Assembly: GCA_002633005.1 (NCBI GenBank)
Contig: NMRA01000336.1
Span: forward strand, 301,056-365,055
Length of the DNA stretch: 64,000 bases
DNA from: Phoronis australis
Lineage: Eukaryota > Animalia > Phoronida
Direction of reading: 5' to 3'
In this document: one piece after another, positions 58,988 through 64,000 of the stretch
How the letters are laid out: every line of letters begins with the position of its first letter
Position numbering within the stretch: the stretch's first letter is position 1
Position numbers and translations under genes: made by a program
The notes under the pieces: generated by a model
The model's database searches: none
What the model was told of the DNA's origin: nothing
What the model saw: only the letters and a program-made list of their open reading frames with translations

Positions 58988-59095
58988 TCAAAGTATTACA
59001 CAACATCGACAATATCGCTGTCGTCCACCACCAACCGAGGGGGGAGGAGTGACTGGTGCAAAGTACGCGTGGACTTTGATACTGGGTAAGTGGTT
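58988..59095 (-). CDS. FBXL20: FBXL2/FBXL20 orthologue, last coding exon with CaaX box
   Basis: tttcag|AAC...TGA; NHLPSIKVHAYFAPVTPPPSVGGGRQRYCRCCVIL*; phase-0 join to the upstream exon; CVIL prenylation motif. Confidence 0.95.
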   Translation of the reverse strand, partial: NHLPSIKVHAYFAPVTPPPSVGGGRQRYCRCCVIL

Positions 59096-59509
59096 CTGAA
59101 ACAAAAAGGAAGCCAGTTGAATACTTGCAAAGATACTGAGAAGTTGGTGAACAATGGCATGTTGTGAAATTGCACAATAATGCATAAAAATAGCGTGTAT
59201 CCATCAAGAAACATTACTGTAAGATGAAGGTTTTTGTTAATGGTAGCAAGTGGAACGAATTGACGCTGAAAAATAACTCTGTAGCCTGTGGTGTAGGACA
59301 AGTACTAATGCATCAGCCTCGGCCCACAGGCAATTGAAGCGCACCTGATGCAGGAAAAGTGTTTGGATCCATGCAACTGACAACGGGACAGGAGGGTGAC
59401 AAACTTCATTTCAATGAAATGTTGCATTGAAAATTTTGCTAAGACGATGTCAGTATCCAATTCTAATAAAAAATCCTAACATAGTGAGACAGACTGTATA
59501 GATGGGGCT

Positions 59510-60000
59510 GCAAGAGCGAATTTTTGGACGGATCTGACAATCGTTTGCCTCTGCATTTTCGGTGTTTCTTAATGGATTTTTATGAAACTTGGCAAATAGG
59601 CATCTATTAGGAAGATGACGTCATCTTCATGCTTTCAAAACATGGTAAATGGATTTGTCATACTTTGCACCTCTATTTTCGAGTCTTAATATTAAAGAGG
59701 TGATGACATCTTTCTGTTGTCAAAAGGATTTGACATAGTGCATGCCACCTGGTGGCCGTTTTTAATATTTTTGAGTCTGTTTTTGGCCTCCATCTTTCTG
59801 TTGCGTAAACCACTCTTTGGATGATTTTGAAAATTGACATATTCTCCCTGAAAAGAGGACATGTGACGATGATTTTTGGACAGCGCCGACTACTGTGGTG
59901 CCTCCTAGTGGCAGTTTTGTTTCACTGCGTCAGTGGCTGGATCTCCTAAACCTTCTGTAGGATCTTTGTCAAATTTGGCAAGTGTATTTGTATGAATTGA
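59510..60000 (+). mobile_element. HINE tandem-repeat fragment in the FBXL20 intron
   Basis: ggacggatctgac, tgccacctggtggcc, tgcctcctagtggcag. Confidence 0.7.
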
Positions 60001-60692
60001 CCTATCGCAAGCTCCGCCCCTATGCGAAAAGTCACATGATACCCGACATTGGAACGAGATGTCAGAGGCAAATACACTGTCGCTAAACGACCTTCCTGGT
60101 GGAATCGATGAGTGTTTTTGCACAATTTGAAAACGCGTCAACAGAGACAAGGGGCGATGCTTTTCAACAGTGAATCGTACGTTCATGATATGGGAATTTG
60201 TAAAGGTGACGATGAAAAAATAAGTGCTCGAGGAGCCAGCGAAAATCCGAAGAACCCCTCGGCCTCGGGGCCACCTTCACCTGACAAATGACAAGGCCAC
60301 TGATACGATATGTTCATGTAAAGCTGGGTATGTACCTTAAAGTCGAATTATCTATACGATTCCATAGATTTCATGATCTTTTGAATAAAATTAGTGAAGA
60401 TTCACCGATATTTTTATTCTGTCGTCTGCTAAATTTCGCCAAATGAAAAGTAGGTCACAACTCAGTGGTGGGACTCCTGGAGTAAAGTAGGATAGATTAC
60501 AGACAACACATGCACTACAGTCTCTGACTAGGTCGACTCGATAGCACTGTCTACGCTTTTCTAATCTTGTAACGAAATATTTTGATAAAAAATTCAGGTT
60601 AATAGCTCAGGTACCCACTCATCTCGTCCTGGGCAAACAGTTAGCTCCGGTAGGTCTGGGGCTGTGTCGAAGTAAAATTAATGTCTGGAATT

Positions 60693-61024
60693 CAGTGGAA
60701 GATCTAGGATACCACAGGGGGGGCCAACATATGTTGCCTCGTGGAATTGGGCAAAGTGCGATTGTATGTGCACAGGCGGCACGAAAGTTGCAGGGGCCAG
60801 GGATGTAGACCGTTGGACCTTCTGTTCGGTGGACTAAAAAAACCGGAACACGACTCTGCCGCGATCTGGGGTCTAAGCCCCCCTCTTCCGCTACGGGTCC
60901 TAGTTACTGAACTCAATATTTCCTCACACTCTTGCTGTTCCATTTTGCTTGCGGCAACCAAGGGGGGTCGGGGCCCCTGCCCCCCCTAAATCCGCCTATG
61001 GAGCCCCCCCCAAATCCGCCGATG
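60693..61024. mobile_element. MITE with 5-bp TSD GAATT and a duplicated right end
   Basis: gaatt|cagtggaagatct...aaatccgcctatg...aaatccgccgatg|gaatt; same family as the 36053 and 36440 MITEs. Confidence 0.82.
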
Positions 61025-62129
61025 GAATTGTCTGTTTGCACCATGAAGACATTTAAATTAGGCCTACCTTCTTATGAACTTGGCATTTTTTTGTAGTTTC
61101 ATTCCATAAAGGTAGCTTTCATTTAGTTTTGAAGGTAGCATGATCACTAAGTCATGGTATGGTTACAAAAGATTACAAGTCTGCTGTGGTAGTTGCAAAA
61201 ATTTACAAAAATAACTCAAATTCTTTTTTAAAGCTTCATAAATCTAAATATCATTTTTGAACAACTTCAAAATGAGCTCTCTCTAACTCTACAGACATAG
61301 TGTATACTAGAGATACACGTCAAAAAGTAATTCCACAATTAATTTTTAGTGAAAACAGCTCGACCAAGGCTTTGAGTTCCGGCAGTAATCCAGTGCCCTT
61401 CCCTGTGCCGATCGAATCTCTGAATTTTGACTGGGAGAGAAGTTCAGTTGAACGCCAGCTTACTGTTCATAAATAACAAAAATGTACCTCTGATACGAAA
61501 CAAAATAATGTCCATTATGTTGAAATAAATAAAAAAACATGAAAGTGCTCTGAGGAGCGACACTTGGCGAAATTAACCTAGTGGCAAATTCCTTTCTTCC
61601 CATCTGGAGCTGTTTCTCCGTCCTGGATATTTGTGAAAATTAGCGAGTGCATTTCTATGAACATGACAACAAATGTAGTTTAGACATATCTGACTACCAC
61701 TGTGCCTCCATTTTTACGGACTTGTCAGATATGTTTCTGTTGAGGAGAGCATTGCTGAGGCTATGGACTCGTTGGAGGCTACTTTAAGTTTACTACCATT
61801 GCTCTATTCAGTGGGAATGTTTAAAATAATAATCATCCTTGTATCTGCACTATATGCGATGCAAACAGTTGGTACATATCACTCCACAGTTGCCTGCCTG
61901 AAATTCGCTGAAACCAAAGTAGGTAACAAATGACCACTATGGGGTGCACAGTAGTGGAATTTGTCACATAATCAATGTCAGCTGCCATCTCCTCATCAGG
62001 AACACATCTGCCAATTTTCATGTTCCTTTGAGAGATCAGCCGAACGGACTCAAAAATAATAAAAATCGTCCCTAAGCGGATCACAATTTGTTGAATCTTG
62101 TTTGAAAATGATCGGCCATAGTCGTTACC

Positions 62130-62415
62130 TTAACAGAAGCCATATTTGCCAGATTTTATGAAAATAAATCAAAGAAATCAGAACATACAGAAGCACATGT
62201 GGAACAGTAAAATTGCCACTAGAGGTTACAGCAGCAGTCATATGGATCTGAAACTCTTCATCAGTCATCAGCTTTATAGGAAGATGTTTGCCAAATCTCA
62301 CTGAGATCCTTTCAGGTATTGCAGATATGCAGCAGCAGACGCCAGAATGTTGGAAGTACTGGATGCCCAGACACAGATGACAGTAATATGCACTCGCATA
62401 TATACATGTGGGCAC
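62130..62415 (-). mobile_element. Diverged HINE 5' part
   Basis: Reverse strand reads tgtgcccacatg...gcatattactgtcatct, followed by a cctctagtggc unit. Confidence 0.6.
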
Positions 62416-63032
62416 AACTGGATATTGGTTTTACAACCAAGAAACATATTTTTGAGATTAACTTTGATCAGAGCAACAAAACAACAAAATCCGTGAAAGT
62501 TTTTGTAATTTTACTATCATTTTATCATTATTGTATGCAATGCATTTACTGAAATCAAGGCTGCTGACTTTACAAACTAAGTAGCCAGCTCCTTCACTTT
62601 GATGGTTATAGAGTACTTGAGTGTGACTGCAGGGGTTCTTATTCCCTGTTGAGTCTGCTTTGGGTGTTTTTTTTTTTCGTAATGAAAGATTATGATTCGT
62701 CTTGAAGAATTCCGTTCGAATCTGGATTGCCCGTCCAGCAAATTTAAGCTTTGTAAATGTAATGACCTGGAGACACCAAAAACTTCATGTTACCTTCCAA
62801 TCAATGTTTTGCGCAACCCTGCCGTTGTTTGCAATGTCAGATCCGGTGATCCTTGAGTTTTGTTAATTTTCTCCCCCCTCCCCACAGCTGACAAGTTTTC
62901 AACAGCTGTGAAGTCATTTTTTGAGGATTGAAAATTGTTCCCCTTAAATTTAGACCCCACTGAAAAATGATTTTTTTTTCTTAAGTTCAAACTTTAATGG
63001 TGCACCAGCCCCAGAGAACACACAGACCATAC

Positions 63033-63245
63033 CCTTAACCTCCTAATGCCTGCTCTGGTGATTAGCTGACAATCATATAGCTCTATCCTCTCCAAGCCTT
63101 GACAGTGCATCAAGTGATCCAGTGAGGCATCTGTGATCAGTGGGCAGTTGTCTAGCTCCAGGACGGACAAGTGTTCCGTGGCACAGCCGCTGGTACCCAA
63201 ATGTCGGATTCCTTCATCCGTTATCAGCTCACAGTGAGATAAGCT
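63033..63245 (-). CDS. FBXL20: F-box/LRR protein (FBXL2/FBXL20 orthologue), penultimate coding exon
   Basis: ctgtctag|AGC...AGG|gtatgg on the minus strand; SLSHCELITDEGIRHLGTSGCATEHLSVLELDNCPLITDASLDHLMHCQGLERIELYDCQLITRAGIRRLR closely resembles the FBXL2/20 C-terminal LRRs. Confidence 0.93.
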
Positions 63246-64000
63246 CTAGACAGACACAGAAAAGATAATATGCCATTTTAATGAAGCCGTGTCTTGGATA
63301 GCAACAATGATGTCGTGGCACGTTGACGTTGTTGAACAATGAACCTGTTAGAAACATTATAAATTATGAAATTTTATGCAGCACATACCAGTAGTATTGA
63401 AGTTACAATTTGAGAGAAAAAGGGCATTCTTTGGGTCCAAAATCCCTCATCCATCCTTAATCTTTTCATGTCTGTATAAGTATGTTAATGAAGAAAATGT
63501 TGTAAATTAATCTTACAGTCAGATTGCAAATAAAATATTTTTTGAGTCATGGGAACATGAAGGAGACAAATGTAATCTTAATTCATACATAGTTCAACAG
63601 TTATTATACGTACTGCAAATAGCAAGACAGACGAAATAACTCAGAATTCCCACGCATCATCACAGCTGAGCAAAAATTCCTGGTCATGATGCTTGATTGC
63701 AATAAGAATTCACTGTCACCATAGACTATAATCTTTGCTGTAGTATCTAGAATGACCTATCATGATGCAGGGATGGTAGTTTGTCTGATTTCTTTTGGTG
63801 TGTGCTTTATCATAGTTAACTTCAGCCTAAATTTTGCCCAGTTCTTTGTGACCATATGAATGCATTTTTTCACAATGATCATCAACGTATTTTTTGTACA
63901 AAGCTTTCAAATTCTTCTTCTGCATTCTATTAGCTACAAAATGTGCCTGGAATTTTCTTTTAAGGCCTATTAGCCCAAGAGCGCAGCAGTAAGACTTTAT

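Noticed and set aside
62994-63032. ORF-track C-terminus VWSVCSLGLVHH of the FBXL exon
   Set aside because: Intron read-through past the GT donor at 63032; the real C-terminus is at 58988-59095
1-64000. tRNA or rRNA genes
   Set aside because: No cloverleaf, A/B-box pair or rRNA-like sequence recognised by eye; tRNAscan-SE or Infernal would be needed to exclude them

Overview
AT-rich, repeat-dense animal genomic DNA, probably from a marine bilaterian invertebrate (inferred), with one 511-N gap at 2735-3245. Two convergent spliced genes can be assembled by eye. (1) On the + strand, a SABATH/Methyltransf_7-like SAM-dependent methyltransferase with 7 in-phase GT-AG exons (604-699, 3709-3807, 6294-6444, 6947-7077, 12178-12314, 46707-46881, 51375-51598). 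Its first exon(s) lie upstream of the window, and it has a 34.4 kb intron. (2) On the - strand, the last two coding exons of an FBXL2/FBXL20 orthologue ending in a CaaX box. Much of the remainder is nested transposon sequence: CR1/L2, LOA-like and Hero-like LINE fragments; Penelope-like elements with hammerhead-like motifs; a deleted BEL/Pao element; Helentron-type HINEs whose ~145-bp subrepeats carry CTCF-like motifs; TA-flanked TIR elements with a decayed HIRAN domain; AT-flanked TIR elements with a decayed THAP finger; MITEs with 5-bp TSDs; and an intronless USP pseudogene. All family assignments come from motif recognition by eye, not from database searches.
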